64,000 bases of DNA from Candidatus Magasanikiibacteriota bacterium (GTDB lineage: Bacteria > Patescibacteriota > Patescibacteriia > Magasanikbacterales > GWA2-37-8): positions 3,631 to 67,630 of the forward strand of contig JAUSEN010000005.1 of the NCBI GenBank assembly GCA_030650025.1, in the 5' to 3' direction. Shown piece by piece: positions 39,173-49,369 of this stretch (positions are counted from its first letter, which is position 1; every line of letters starts with the position of its first letter). The notes below the pieces were generated by a model. The model searched no databases. It saw only the letters and a list, made by a program, of their open reading frames with translations, and had not been told where the DNA came from. The position numbers and the translations under genes were made by a program.

Positions 39173-39441
39173 GGCAGATCAACCCCACCTTTACCCAGGG
39201 GGTTACAGCGGAGTATTCGCCAAACAGATTTAACGAGGCCGAAAATTAGACCTTGTTTTTTTATAGCCTGATAAGCATATTCACTACAAGAAGGATAAAA
39301 CCGGCAAAACCCCGTGGGGTGGCGGGCTTTAAGCCAGCTGTGGTCGGGAGAGAGGGTGGCTTGATAAATTTTAATTAAAAATAAAACTGCGTTTTTTGGC
39401 AGAGTTAAGAGAAAAATTAATACTAATTTTATTTTTAACAT
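39169..39441 (-). CDS. yidD: Membrane protein insertion efficiency factor
   Basis: [21 protein letters not shown]. Confidence 0.93.
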   Translation of the reverse strand: MLKIKLVLIFLLTLPKNAVLFLIKIYQATLSPDHSWLKARHPTGFCRFYPSCSEYAYQAIKKQGLIFGLVKSVWRILRCNPLGKGGVDLP

Positions 39442-39542
39442 GTTAATTGCTTGAGAAAGAAGGTGCGATGATTTGTAATCGTGTTTTTGAGGAGGATTAA
39501 AACGAGAAGCGAGGGAGTGGCGGGGAAATTTGGTTAAAAAAA

Positions 39543-39935
39543 CTAAAATAAATTTATTTTTTTATAAAATAACTTTACTTCTGCTCTTAGATCAGCAAAA
39601 TTTTTTGTTAAAATAGTTATTTTAGGAACGAATAATAAGTAAAGTCCGGGACGGAGCGTTTGACCAACGCTCTCCAGGCGAATGGCTTCACGCAAAAGAC
39701 GCCTGGCACGATTACGCACCACAGCCTTTTTAGAGAACTTGACGCCGGTAGAAATCGCTAATTTTAGCTGTTTAACGAATTTATCAGGATCGACTTTTTT
39801 AGGAAAATAACTTCTGTTTTTGGCTAACTCTAACACTTTACAGCTAAAACTCTGGCTGTTTACCCAAAAACCGCGCTTAGCAACTAAATCAAAATCCCGT
39901 TTTTTAGTGATGGTGATATATGACAATCCAATCAT
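39543..39935 (-). CDS. rnpA: Ribonuclease P protein component
   Basis: [15 protein letters not shown] (RNR motif); synteny with rpmH and yidD. Confidence 0.88.
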   Translation of the reverse strand: MIGLSYITITKKRDFDLVAKRGFWVNSQSFSCKVLELAKNRSYFPKKVDPDKFVKQLKLAISTGVKFSKKAVVRNRARRLLREAIRLESVGQTLRPGLYLLFVPKITILTKNFADLRAEVKLFYKKINLF

Positions 39936-40066
39936 AATATTGATTAAAATCGCTGTAATTTCAACGATAAGATTAGTGTATAAGAATTAATGTTACAAGT
40001 CAAAAAACCCCGGTAGCTAAGACGACCAGGGTGTGTGGCAATTTATAGAAGCCGGTTGCTGAACCT

Positions 40067-40246
40067 TTAGCTCTTGAAACGGCGAAGTTTGCCTTTGATC
40101 TCGTCGGAAACCGTGAGTTTTTTGCGCCCCTTGGCGCGGCGACGAGCCAGAACACTGCGCCCGCCTTTAGTACTCATACGAGAGCGGAAGCCGTGTGACT
40201 TGGCGCGTTTACGCTTTTTTGGTTGATAGGTTCTTTTGGTAGCCAT
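40067..40246 (-). CDS. rpmH: 50S ribosomal protein L34 (59 aa, C-terminally extended)
   Basis: Absent from ORF track. [59 protein letters not shown]. Confidence 0.95.
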   Translation of the reverse strand: MATKRTYQPKKRKRAKSHGFRSRMSTKGGRSVLARRRAKGRKKLTVSDEIKGKLRRFKS

Positions 40247-40451
40247 AAAAATTAAGTAAGTGGGGCTAGTATATATAATTTAAGATGGATTGTCAACAGC
40301 TTTGCCAGCCAAGTAAACTTTGTCAAGAGCGGGTTTCTCCACATCTTATCCACTAAATACGCGCTTTGATGGGTATTGATGTGGAGGGGGGGCTGTGCTA
40401 AGATGCTTCAACCTATTGGCGGTTGTTTTTTGCCTCAAATTACTAATTATT

Positions 40452-41837
40452 ATGACGAATCACGAACTGTGGCAGTCTGTTTTGGCCGAACTAGAATTAA
40501 GCATTTCTAAAGCTAATTTCGTCACTTGGTTCAAAAATACAGGGATAATATCATTTCAAGATGGTCAGGTCGCTCTCTTTGTGCCCAACGCCTTTACCAA
40601 GGCTTGGATGGAAAAAAAATATAATCAAGTATTAATTAAGTCTTTAGAGAGGGTAAGCGGGAAGCCGATCAAGCGTTTGGAGTATCGCATTGAAAGCCCC
40701 AAGAATGTGGCAGAACAGGCGCTTGAAGCGCAAAATCAGGCGGAAGGTAGGGGGCAAGGATTTTCGCCGCAAACCATACCGGAAGAAACCACGGCTCCTA
40801 ACCAAGGGTTTACTCTTAACCCCAAATACAGCTTTGAAAGTTTTGTGGTTGGCAAAAGCAGCGAATTGGCTTTCGCGGCAGCCCAGGCGGTTTGTTCTCG
40901 CCCCGGAGTGGCTTATAACCCCCTGTTTATATATGGGGGAGTGGGCCTCGGAAAAACCCACCTCCTGCAAGCGGTCGGCAACCAACTGCGCAAAGAACGC
41001 CCCAGCACTTCCATAATGTATGTTAGCGCCGAGCGTTTTTCTAATGATTTTATCAATTCTATTAAAGAGCGCGTCACTAAAGATTTTCAGTCGCGCTACC
41101 GCGGCATTGATTTACTGCTGATCGATGATATTCAATTTAGTGCCGGGAAAGAAGGCACCCAAGAGTCTTTTTTTCATACCTTTAATGAGTTGCACCAACA
41201 AAATAAACAGGTGGTAATTACTTCGGACCGCCCGCCTAAGGCAATCCCGGCTCTCGAGGATCGCTTGCGCTCGCGTTTTGAATGGGGAATGATTGCGGAT
41301 ATTAGCGCTCCGGATTTTGAAACTAGGGTGGCGGTACTGGGTAAAAAAAGCGCGGAAAAGGCCTTCCCACTCTCGGAAAAGATCTTGCAAGCCATTGCCG
41401 CGACCGTGCAAAGTAACGTGCGCGAATTGGAGGGCGCCCTTAACAAAGTTATTGTTTTCCACCAATTAAAAAATATGGCTCCTACTTTGGAGTCAGTTAA
41501 ATCGATTCTCTCCTCGTGGGGTACAGGCAGCGCCCGCCAGTCCGTAACCGCGCGCCAGCTTCTAGATGTCGCCAGCCAATTCTTTAATATCAGCCAAGAA
41601 GATATTGTGAGCAAAAATAGAGAGAAGCGCGTGGCTCTGCCGAGGCAAGTAATAATGTTTTTGATGCGAGAGGAGTTGAAAATGAGCTACCCCGCTATTG
41701 GAGACGAGCTTGGCGGACGCGATCATACTACCGCCATGCACGCGTATGAAAAAATTTTTAGAGAGGTAGAAAATGATTTGCGCTTGCGCCAAGAAATAGA
41801 ATTGCTCCGGCAGCGTTTGTATGTGAATAACGTCTAG
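40452..41837 (+). CDS. dnaA: Chromosomal replication initiator DnaA
   Basis: YNPLFIYGGVGLGKTHL, LLIDDIQF, RLRSRF, GGRDHTT. Confidence 0.97.
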   Translation: MTNHELWQSVLAELELSISKANFVTWFKNTGIISFQDGQVALFVPNAFTKAWMEKKYNQVLIKSLERVSGKPIKRLEYRIESPKNVAEQALEAQNQAEGRGQGFSPQTIPEETTAPNQGFTLNPKYSFESFVVGKSSELAFAAAQAVCSRPGVAYNPLFIYGGVGLGKTHLLQAVGNQLRKERPSTSIMYVSAERFSNDFINSIKERVTKDFQSRYRGIDLLLIDDIQFSAGKEGTQESFFHTFNELHQQNKQVVITSDRPPKAIPALEDRLRSRFEWGMIADISAPDFETRVAVLGKKSAEKAFPLSEKILQAIAATVQSNVRELEGALNKVIVFHQLKNMAPTLESVKSILSSWGTGSARQSVTARQLLDVASQFFNISQEDIVSKNREKRVALPRQVIMFLMREELKMSYPAIGDELGGRDHTTAMHAYEKIFREVENDLRLRQEIELLRQRLYVNNV

Positions 41838-42078
41838 AAAACCTGTGGATTAGTTTGGGATAGTAATGGGGGTTCGGGATGGAATGATGGGGATAAGATG
41901 TTTTTAGAGAAGGATGTTATCCCCTGTGCTATGATGATTTTTAAAAAAGACTTAGGGCGGCTCACAGTTAATACCGGGCGGCTCACAGTTAAACCCACAA
42001 GAAAAATTAATAAAATCTAATAGTTTTTCACTTATCCCCACTATCCACTCGCTTATTATAGTTATTACTTAAATATAT
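41838..42078. other. Putative oriC (dnaA-dnaN intergenic); extra DnaA-like boxes at 40335-40354
   Basis: Multiple degenerate DnaA boxes; tandem ttatcccca-ctatccact followed by TTA trio-like run; duplicated gggcggctcacagttaa. Confidence 0.75.
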
Positions 42079-43197
42079 ATGAAATTCTCCTGTACCAAGG
42101 ATAACGTGGCGCGAGCCCTCGGTTTAATTGGCGGGCTAACTAGTAAAAATGTTACCTTGCCGATTTTGAATAACGTATTAATAAAAGTAGAGGAACAGAA
42201 AATTGAATTTGTCGCCACCAATTTAGAATTGGCAGTGGTAGTGGTGGTGAGGGGAAAGGTAGACGCGACCGGGGCTTTTACGGTGCCGGCCCGGACACTA
42301 AGCGACTTTGTGGGGCTGTTACCTAACGAGCGGATTGATTTTGAATTAGTGGGAGGCGAGTTGGCCTTGGCTTGCGGAAAAACCAGTACCAAAATAAAAG
42401 GGATGGGGTCAGATGAATTTCCGGTATTACCGGCTTTGGGCAGTGGGGCTGGTTTTACGGTTTTAGTAGACACTCTAACTACGGCTCTTAATAGAGTGCT
42501 CCCGGCTATCGCGAGAAATGAGATTAGGCCAGAGTTGTCGGGAGTATACTTTGGTTTTAACACTCGCGAGGCCAAAACACTAGTGTTGGCGTCTACAGAC
42601 AGCTATCGATTAGCCGAGCAAGTAATCGCTTTAGAAAGCGGAGCCGAGGCGCTTGGCGTGGTGGTGCCGGGCCGGACTGCCCAGGAAGTGGCCCGAGCAC
42701 TAAGCGCGGCCGAAGAAGGAGAAAAATCCGTGCGTTTATTAGTGAGCGCCAATCAATTAGTGGTTAATTATGATAGTGTTCAAATTATTTCGCGCTTGGT
42801 GGCGGGCCAATATCCTGATTATACCCAAATAATTCCCCAGCAGTTTAAAACTACCGTGGTGATCGCGACTAGCCATATGCAAAAAGAAATGAAAGCCGCC
42901 GGTTTGTTTACCACGAGCGGCGTTAACGCGGTGGCTGTAGAAGCATTGCCAGAAAAGAAGGTAATTTCTTTGACAGCGTCTTCACAGCAAACCGGCGAGT
43001 ATGCCTCGGAAGTGGAATGCGAGGTGATGGGTGAGGCGGTAACAGTTTTATTAAATCACCGTTATGTATTAGATGGGCTTAATCAGATGGCTTCGCCGGA
43101 AGTTAAATTGCAATTAGCCGGCCCCGAGAGCCCTTGTCTTTTGACTGCCGAGAAAGAAGTGGGGTTTCGTTATATTGTGATGCCGATTAGGCAGTAA
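42079..43197 (+). CDS. dnaN: DNA polymerase III beta clamp
   Basis: LPILNNVL, ATNLE, STDSYRL, YPDY, IVMPIR. Confidence 0.96.
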   Translation: MKFSCTKDNVARALGLIGGLTSKNVTLPILNNVLIKVEEQKIEFVATNLELAVVVVVRGKVDATGAFTVPARTLSDFVGLLPNERIDFELVGGELALACGKTSTKIKGMGSDEFPVLPALGSGAGFTVLVDTLTTALNRVLPAIARNEIRPELSGVYFGFNTREAKTLVLASTDSYRLAEQVIALESGAEALGVVVPGRTAQEVARALSAAEEGEKSVRLLVSANQLVVNYDSVQIISRLVAGQYPDYTQIIPQQFKTTVVIATSHMQKEMKAAGLFTTSGVNAVAVEALPEKKVISLTASSQQTGEYASEVECEVMGEAVTVLLNHRYVLDGLNQMASPEVKLQLAGPESPCLLTAEKEVGFRYIVMPIRQ

Positions 43198-43209
43198 AGT
43201 CACTGGGGG

Positions 43210-44055
43210 CTAGGCAGTAGATTTGTGAAGAGAGAGTGGGGCGGGACGCTTGTTAAAAAACCAAAAAGCGACACTTAAATAGGCGAGGTAACTAACAACT
43301 TCAACTAACGAAGGATTGCCGTTATACCCAAACAGCCCCTTGAGGATACTCCCTAACGCGCCTTTATCGTGCCACAGAGGAAAGGAGCCATCATCTGAAA
43401 CTGCTGGGTTAATATTCCAAACTTCTTTGATACCCTCCGGAATAAGACCGGCCTCGTGGAATTCGTGGACACCGTGCGCAACCAGGCCAGCGGCGAATAA
43501 AATTAATAGTATACTAGTAATATTAAAAAAACGTTTTAGGGGAAGGTGACGTGACCAGACAAACAGGGCTAGTCCCGTGGTTGTGGCTAAACCCATGCCT
43601 AATAAGGCCCCGATAATATTATTTTCTCCGGCGACCAAGCTCGCGGAGGCTAAAAAAATTATCAATTCAACTCCTTCTCGCCAAACCGACACCAGCATCA
43701 AAAAAAATAAACCAAATTTTTCCGCTTTCACGATTTTGGCTTCAACCCTGGCCTCAAGTTTTTTTACCGCCGACTGTTGTCTCCGCATCCAAATTATCAT
43801 GGTAGTCAGCAGGGAGGCGCCAACGAGCATCATAACTCCTTCAAAAACTTCTTCACTTTGCCCGCTGAAGCCGCCCGCTAATTTTTCAAACAGCACAGCG
43901 CTTAAGATGCTTATGAAAATACCAGCGAGCAAACCAAAATAGACCGACTTTTTGAAAGCGGTTTGGTTGGTTCGAGCGAGGTAGGAAATAACAACCCCCA
44001 CGATTAGGGCGACTTCTAAAACTTCGCGGAAGGTAATAATTAAACTGGGTAACAT
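43210..44055 (-). CDS. FTR1/EfeU-family iron permease
   Basis: Two RExxE motifs (FREVLE, WREGVE). Confidence 0.9.
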   Translation of the reverse strand: MLPSLIITFREVLEVALIVGVVISYLARTNQTAFKKSVYFGLLAGIFISILSAVLFEKLAGGFSGQSEEVFEGVMMLVGASLLTTMIIWMRRQQSAVKKLEARVEAKIVKAEKFGLFFLMLVSVWREGVELIIFLASASLVAGENNIIGALLGMGLATTTGLALFVWSRHLPLKRFFNITSILLILFAAGLVAHGVHEFHEAGLIPEGIKEVWNINPAVSDDGSFPLWHDKGALGSILKGLFGYNGNPSLVEVVSYLAYLSVAFWFFNKRPAPLSLHKSTA

Positions 44056-44062
44056 AAGGCAA

Positions 44063-45097
44063 TTACCAGTCTAGCGTGCCGCCGACTTTATATTCGGTAA
44101 CGCGAGTTTCAAAGAAGTTTTTTTCTTTGTTTAAGTCAATCGCTTCGCTCATCCAGGGGAAGGGGTTGGGGGTGTGGTATTGCTCCGGCAGGCCAACGCG
44201 AGTTAAACGGCGATCGGCAATATGTTCAATATATTTGCGGAACCCCTCGGCATTGAGGCCAAAGATGCCTTTGGGGAAGACCTCGGCCGCGAATTTGGCC
44301 TCGAGGTCGACCGCTTGTTTAACAAGGTCGACGGCATGCTGTTGAAATTCGGGAGTCCAGAGCTCGGGCTGTTCTTCTTTGATGGTATTAATAATGTTCA
44401 TGCCAAAGTTAAGGTGTTGGCTTTCATCGCGCATAATGTATTGAATTTGTTCGGCGGCGCCCACCATTTTGTTCATTCTTTGGAATCCAAACATAACCGC
44501 GAATGAACTGTAAAAAAAGATACCTTCTAAAACCAGGGAGAAAATTACCATGTTCTCCAAAAATTGCTGGTCGGATTTAAAAGTGCCGGTTTTAAAGTCC
44601 GGGCTAAAGATGCCCTCGTTGAAACTCAAAATAAAAGCGTCTTTATTAAAAATAGCATCAACCTCGCGATACATATTAAAAATTTCGCTTTCGTCTAGCC
44701 CCAAAGATTCGACGATGTACTGATACGAATGCGTGTGGATGGCTTCCTCGTAAGCTTGGCGGAGCAAATACATGCGGCATTCGGGCGAAGTAATGTGGCG
44801 ATACATGGCCAAGACCACATTATTGGCGGCAATGGAGTCCGCGGTGGTAAAAAAGCCCAGCACGGTTTTAAGGGCCTTGCGCTCATCATCCGAGAGGAGC
44901 GTTGGCGAGTTCCACTGTTCAATATCTTTTTGCATGCTGATTTCCGTAGGGAGCCAATGGTTGGCATTGCCGACATTATAAGCCTCCCAGGCAAAAGTGT
45001 GGCGCATGGGGTAGAGCTGAATAACATCGGCATCGGCCCCGTTAATTACACGTCGTTTGTTAATGTCAACTTTTTCGCTGGTTTTAGAAATGGGCAT
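44063..45097 (-). CDS. nrdB: Class Ia ribonucleotide reductase beta subunit
   Basis: TTAD, EAIHTHSY (radical Tyr), EGIFF, RDESQH, NFFETRV. Confidence 0.95.
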   Translation of the reverse strand: MPISKTSEKVDINKRRVINGADADVIQLYPMRHTFAWEAYNVGNANHWLPTEISMQKDIEQWNSPTLLSDDERKALKTVLGFFTTADSIAANNVVLAMYRHITSPECRMYLLRQAYEEAIHTHSYQYIVESLGLDESEIFNMYREVDAIFNKDAFILSFNEGIFSPDFKTGTFKSDQQFLENMVIFSLVLEGIFFYSSFAVMFGFQRMNKMVGAAEQIQYIMRDESQHLNFGMNIINTIKEEQPELWTPEFQQHAVDLVKQAVDLEAKFAAEVFPKGIFGLNAEGFRKYIEHIADRRLTRVGLPEQYHTPNPFPWMSEAIDLNKEKNFFETRVTEYKVGGTLDW

Positions 45098-45122
45098 AGG
45101 AGGGATAAATTTTTATTATTAA

Positions 45123-45167
45123 AGATTGCTTCGTTGGCTCGCCTAGGCGAGCCTCCTCGCAATGACG
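45123..45167. repeat. REP-like palindrome (CGTC-tagged on minus strand) between nrdA and nrdB
   Basis: agattgcttcgtt-ggctcgcc-ta-ggcgagcc-tcctcgcaatgacg. Confidence 0.7.
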
Positions 45168-45172
45168 TGATG

Positions 45173-48058
45173 TTACCCCTGGCAAGATTCGCAGGACGGA
45201 TCGTCGATGGAGCAGACTTTGAGTTTCGCTATAACCGGAAGTGGTTTAGTGGTGGTGGCCATCGGAGGAGAAGAAGGGGCGGCAGAAGAGGCCGTTGGCT
45301 CGGAGGGAGAGGCTAAACCAGAAGTCACCGAGGCCGTGCTGACAGTGGCGCCGGCGGCCTCGGGCGCAAAGCGGCGGTGGTGGGTGGAACCGAATTCTTT
45401 GGTGCTAACCGTAGATTTTTCTACTTGAGAAGCGGCTAGGGTGCGCAAGTAGTAGGTGGTTTTAAGCCCCATTTCCCAAGCATAGGTGTAAACATCGGAC
45501 AGCTCTTTGCCAGAAGTGCTGCGGAAGAAGATGTTGAGGGACTGTGATTGATCAATCCATTTGGCGCGGTAGGCCGCGGCTTTAATTAGCCAGCGCGAGT
45601 CAATTTCAAATACCTCTTTATATTTAGCGCGAATGGGCTCGGGAATCTCGGAAATTTGCGCGATACTGCCATCGTGGTATTTGATTTTGCCGAGCATTTC
45701 ATAATCCCAGAGGTTAAGTTTTTTGAGATCCTCCACCAGATAGGCATTGATTACCACAAAATCGCCGGCCTGGTTGGATTTGACATAGAGATTTTTGTAA
45801 ATTGGCTCCACGGTTGGAACGCAACCAACGATGTTGGCGGTGGTGGCGGTCGGGGCTACGGCCAGGCAGTTAGAGTTGCGCAGGCCATAGAGCTTGACGG
45901 CTTGGCGGACTGGCGTCCAATCCATTTGGCCGCCCCGGGCGACATTGATGATCTCGCCGCGTTCTTTTTCTAAAAGATCAATGGTGTCTTGAGGGAAGAG
46001 GCCGCGGTCCCACTTACTGCCGCGATAAGATTCGTAGGCTCCCCGCTCGCGGGCGAGCTCGCTAGAGGCCAGGTAGGCGTAATAAGAAATGGTCTCCATG
46101 CTCGAGTCGGAGAAGGCCACGCAGGCTTCGGAATCAAAATTAATGCCCAGCTGGTAAAGAGCATCCTGAAAACCGCGGAGCCCGAGGCCCACGGGGCGGT
46201 GGCGAAGGTTAGAACGCTTCGAGTCCTCGGTGGGGTAATAGTTAATGTCAATAACATTATCTAGCATGCGCATGGCCACCGGTACCACTTCTTTAATCAG
46301 CTCCACGTCAAACTGACTGTTCGTCACAAACTTAGCGAGGTTAAGAGAGCCTAAGTTGCAAACCGCGGTTTCGTTTTCGCTGGTGTTCAAGGTAATCTCG
46401 GTGCAGAGGTTGGAGTTATGCACCACGCCTATATGATCTTGTGGGGAGCGAACATTGGCCGCGTCTTTAAAGGTAATCCAGGGGTGACCGGTTTCAAACA
46501 GCATGGCGAGCATCTTTTTCCAAAGGTCGCGGGCTTTGAGTTTTTTAAATAAAGCGATTTTGCCTTCGGCGGCGCGTTTTTCATACATAGCATAACGATC
46601 TTCAAAAGCGCGCCCATAGATATGGTGCAGGTCCGGGGTCTCCTCGGGGCTAAAGAGAGTCCAGTCGCCGTCTTCTTTGACGCGTTTCATAAAGAGGTCG
46701 GGGATCCAGTTAGCAGTATCCATATCGTGCGTCCGGCGGCGTTCATCACCGGTATTCTTGCGGAGCTCGAGAAAAGCCTCCACGTCATAGTGCCAGCATT
46801 CGAGGTAGACGCAGGCGGCGCCGCGGCGGCGGCCAGAACGGTTAATGGCCACGGTGACGTCATTGGCGATTTTGAGAAAAGGAATAACACCTTGGGATTC
46901 CACCCCCGTGCCTTTGATATAAGCGCCCGTACCGCGCAAATTGGTCCAGTCAGTGCCAATGCCGCCGCTCCACTTGGAAAGCTGGGCGTTGTCGGCATAG
47001 GTTTTGAAAATATTATCGAGCGAGTCCGAGACCGTGTTTAAGTAGCAAGAAGACAGTTGTGGCTTCGGCGTGCCAGCGTGGAATAGGGTGGGGGTGGAAG
47101 GAGTATACAAGAGCCGCGACATGATGCCATAAAACTGAATGGTTTTTTCGTGGCGATTTTCTTTTTCGAGGAGAGCCGAACCCATGGCAATGCGCATCCA
47201 AAAAGTTTGGGGTGTCTCTAAAACTAATTTAGTGGCCGTGTCACGCACAAAATAGCGGTCGTATAAAGTTTGGAGGCCCATATAGATAAACAGGTCGTCG
47301 CGTTCAATTACGAGTGCCGCCGCGAGCCGCTCTAAATCAAAAGCCAAGAGGCGCGGATCGAGGCGCTCGATTTCCACGCCGCGTTTGATGTTTTGGATAA
47401 AGGCCGCGCGGTATTGAGCGGCTAGTTTTTGCCAGTCAATTTTATCCGCGCCAATAAATTCTTTGTAGTTGGTGAAGAGGAGTAAGCGCGAGGCCACAGT
47501 GGCATAGGCCGGGTCTTGTTCAATCATGGTGCGGGCCGTCATGATAAGGGCGCGGTTAATGTCGCTGGTCGAAATGCCGTCGTAAAGTTCGGAGCGGCAC
47601 TGGGCGAGGATAATTTCGGCATCCACGGATGGTTCCAAACCGACCATCGCAAAGCTTAAGGCGTGGCGGAGTTTATCCATCGAGAACTGCTCGGTTTGGC
47701 CGTTAGCTTTTTTAACATTAATTTCATTCTTCTCAATTTTTTCGAGCAATTCTTTTTTCTTTTCCGCGCGGATCTTGGCGTGCTCATAGCGATAGAGGAT
47801 ATAAGTTTTGGCTACGTCGTAGTAGCCGTCTTGCATCAGTTGTTTTTCCACAAAATCCTGGACGTTTTCCACGCCGGGCGAGCGGTCGGTATAAATTGTT
47901 TCTAAATCCGCCAAGACGCTGTCAGTTAACAGTTTGATTTTTTCCGGGTCGAAATTTTTGCGGACATCAGAGAAGGCTTTGCCCACGGCGGTAATAATTT
48001 TTTGAGGATCAAAGTCAACGAGGGAACCATTGCGCTTTTTTATTTTAGTGATGGCCAT
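45173..48058 (-). CDS. nrdA: Class I ribonucleotide reductase alpha subunit with two ATP cones
   Basis: IKKRNG and VKKANG cones, LSSCY, SNLCTEI, KTTYY, C-terminal CESCQ. Confidence 0.96.
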   Translation of the reverse strand: MAITKIKKRNGSLVDFDPQKIITAVGKAFSDVRKNFDPEKIKLLTDSVLADLETIYTDRSPGVENVQDFVEKQLMQDGYYDVAKTYILYRYEHAKIRAEKKKELLEKIEKNEINVKKANGQTEQFSMDKLRHALSFAMVGLEPSVDAEIILAQCRSELYDGISTSDINRALIMTARTMIEQDPAYATVASRLLLFTNYKEFIGADKIDWQKLAAQYRAAFIQNIKRGVEIERLDPRLLAFDLERLAAALVIERDDLFIYMGLQTLYDRYFVRDTATKLVLETPQTFWMRIAMGSALLEKENRHEKTIQFYGIMSRLLYTPSTPTLFHAGTPKPQLSSCYLNTVSDSLDNIFKTYADNAQLSKWSGGIGTDWTNLRGTGAYIKGTGVESQGVIPFLKIANDVTVAINRSGRRRGAACVYLECWHYDVEAFLELRKNTGDERRRTHDMDTANWIPDLFMKRVKEDGDWTLFSPEETPDLHHIYGRAFEDRYAMYEKRAAEGKIALFKKLKARDLWKKMLAMLFETGHPWITFKDAANVRSPQDHIGVVHNSNLCTEITLNTSENETAVCNLGSLNLAKFVTNSQFDVELIKEVVPVAMRMLDNVIDINYYPTEDSKRSNLRHRPVGLGLRGFQDALYQLGINFDSEACVAFSDSSMETISYYAYLASSELARERGAYESYRGSKWDRGLFPQDTIDLLEKERGEIINVARGGQMDWTPVRQAVKLYGLRNSNCLAVAPTATTANIVGCVPTVEPIYKNLYVKSNQAGDFVVINAYLVEDLKKLNLWDYEMLGKIKYHDGSIAQISEIPEPIRAKYKEVFEIDSRWLIKAAAYRAKWIDQSQSLNIFFRSTSGKELSDVYTYAWEMGLKTTYYLRTLAASQVEKSTVSTKEFGSTHHRRFAPEAAGATVSTASVTSGLASPSEPTASSAAPSSPPMATTTKPLPVIAKLKVCSIDDPSCESCQG

Positions 48059-48130
48059 ATAAATTTGGCTTTAGAGAATAAGAGGCGCCGCTTTTAGCGG
48101 CACCTCTCTAAGTATAGCATACATTTCCAA

Positions 48131-48156
48131 ATACTACATCTAGTGGGTTATCCACA
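48131..48156. promoter_or_regulatory. NrdR-box-like site plus perfect DnaA box upstream of nrdA
   Basis: atactacatctagtgg followed by ttatccaca (48148-48156). Confidence 0.6.
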
Positions 48157-48203
48157 GGTTTTTGTACTACCGGTAGTTTTTGGGTATTTTTAGAGTAATC
48201 AGG

Positions 48204-48914
48204 CTATTTTCCCAGGCGACGCTCAGTGTCGCCGTATTTTTTTATAATTGCTTGGAGCTCCAGGGCAGTAAAATCGGGGAATAGAGTGGGGGTAAAGGCC
48301 AGTTGGGCGTCTTTAGCCTCCCACAGCAGGAATCCTTCGGAAAAATGAGCAAACTCTGGCTCGGCCGCGGTGCGAATAACCAAGTCAACCGGAGGGAGCT
48401 CGTGAGTATAGAGCTGTTTTTTTAGACCTTCTTCAGTAATGGCCGTGGTGTTAGCGCTAGGAAGGCGCGTTAAGGCGCTGATGGCCTTTAGCATCTCAAT
48501 AATGCCGCTATAAGCTAGTAAAAAAGTAAGGTTAAATTCAGTAAAATTAGCAGTTTTTGAAATCAGCTCTCGTAAAATTTTTTGCAGGGAGGTCGGAAGA
48601 TATGTTTCCCACTCGCCAAATACGCGCACCCGAACCAGACTTTTAGAATTGTTAACTTCATTCAATAATTTGGTAAAGTATTCCTCAAAAAGGCCAAATA
48701 AAAAGTTCACCTCCGCGGAATCTCGCTTGGTAACATTGCGGACCGAGCAGCCCCAAAATGTTAAGTAAGGGACACCAGCTTCACGGGCCGCTTTAAAAAG
48801 AGTTTCGGCGCCTTCAATACCAGCTTTGTGTCCAAGCGATCCAATCAGGCCTTTGGCTTTGGCCCAGCGGCGGTTGCCGTCGGGGATAATGGCGATGTGG
48901 GTAGGGAGAGACAT
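48204..48914 (-). CDS. uppS: Undecaprenyl diphosphate synthase (cis-prenyltransferase)
   Basis: HIAIIPDGNRRWA, DLVIRT, FPDF, RRLG. Confidence 0.92.
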   Translation of the reverse strand: MSLPTHIAIIPDGNRRWAKAKGLIGSLGHKAGIEGAETLFKAAREAGVPYLTFWGCSVRNVTKRDSAEVNFLFGLFEEYFTKLLNEVNNSKSLVRVRVFGEWETYLPTSLQKILRELISKTANFTEFNLTFLLAYSGIIEMLKAISALTRLPSANTTAITEEGLKKQLYTHELPPVDLVIRTAAEPEFAHFSEGFLLWEAKDAQLAFTPTLFPDFTALELQAIIKKYGDTERRLGK

Positions 48915-49038
48915 AGAGTAGAAATATTATTTGGTGGACCCTGTCGGGCTCGAACCGACCACCTCCGCATTGCAAACGCGGCGCTCCCGTGCACCACAAG
49001 GGTGCACGGCCATGAACCCTTGTGGTTCATGGTACCAG

Positions 49039-49110
49039 TGGACCTGAGGGGATTCGCACCCCTGACCTTCGCCTTGCAAAGGCGCCGCTCTACTACTGAG
49101 CTACAGGCCC
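49039..49110 (-). tRNA. tRNA-Ala(TGC), intact, atypical D/T loops
   Basis: gggcctg/caggtcc with G3:U70; ttTGCaa loop; D-loop agtagta; T-loop tgcgaat. Confidence 0.88.
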
Positions 49111-49111
49111 T

Positions 49112-49369
49112 TTATTTAGTTGACCTCAAGTATTCGTACAGCATTAATCGTAATGTTGTTTTGCCTTTGTTTGTTTTGAAATATTTTTCTCTCCTCTTGG
49201 CATCATGCTCGTGTAAAAAGGCCTCATAAAAAATAAGTTTGACCGGTAAAAATTTGCTTGTTGTTTTATCCCCACCCGCGGAGTGTTCTCTGACTCGGCG
49301 TTTAAGATCGGCTGAATAGCCCGTGTAAAATTGTTTATTGCACATCATTAATATGTAGGTATAAAACAT
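49112..49369 (-). CDS. Small stand-alone GIY-YIG nuclease
   Basis: FYTY..FYTGYSADLKRRVREH..FYE..REKYFK; stop 1 nt before tRNA-Ala. Confidence 0.9.
   Translation of the reverse strand: MFYTYILMMCNKQFYTGYSADLKRRVREHSAGGDKTTSKFLPVKLIFYEAFLHEHDAKRREKYFKTNKGKTTLRLMLYEYLRSTK

Noticed and set aside
44063-45097. Class Ic (Mn/Fe, Chlamydia-type) R2
   Set aside because: It retains the radical Tyr (EAIHTHSY) and the Asp ligand (TTAD).
29139-48058. Inteins in polA or nrdA
   Set aside because: Insertions are far too short and lack splice motifs; the extra nrdA length is a second ATP cone plus a low-complexity linker.
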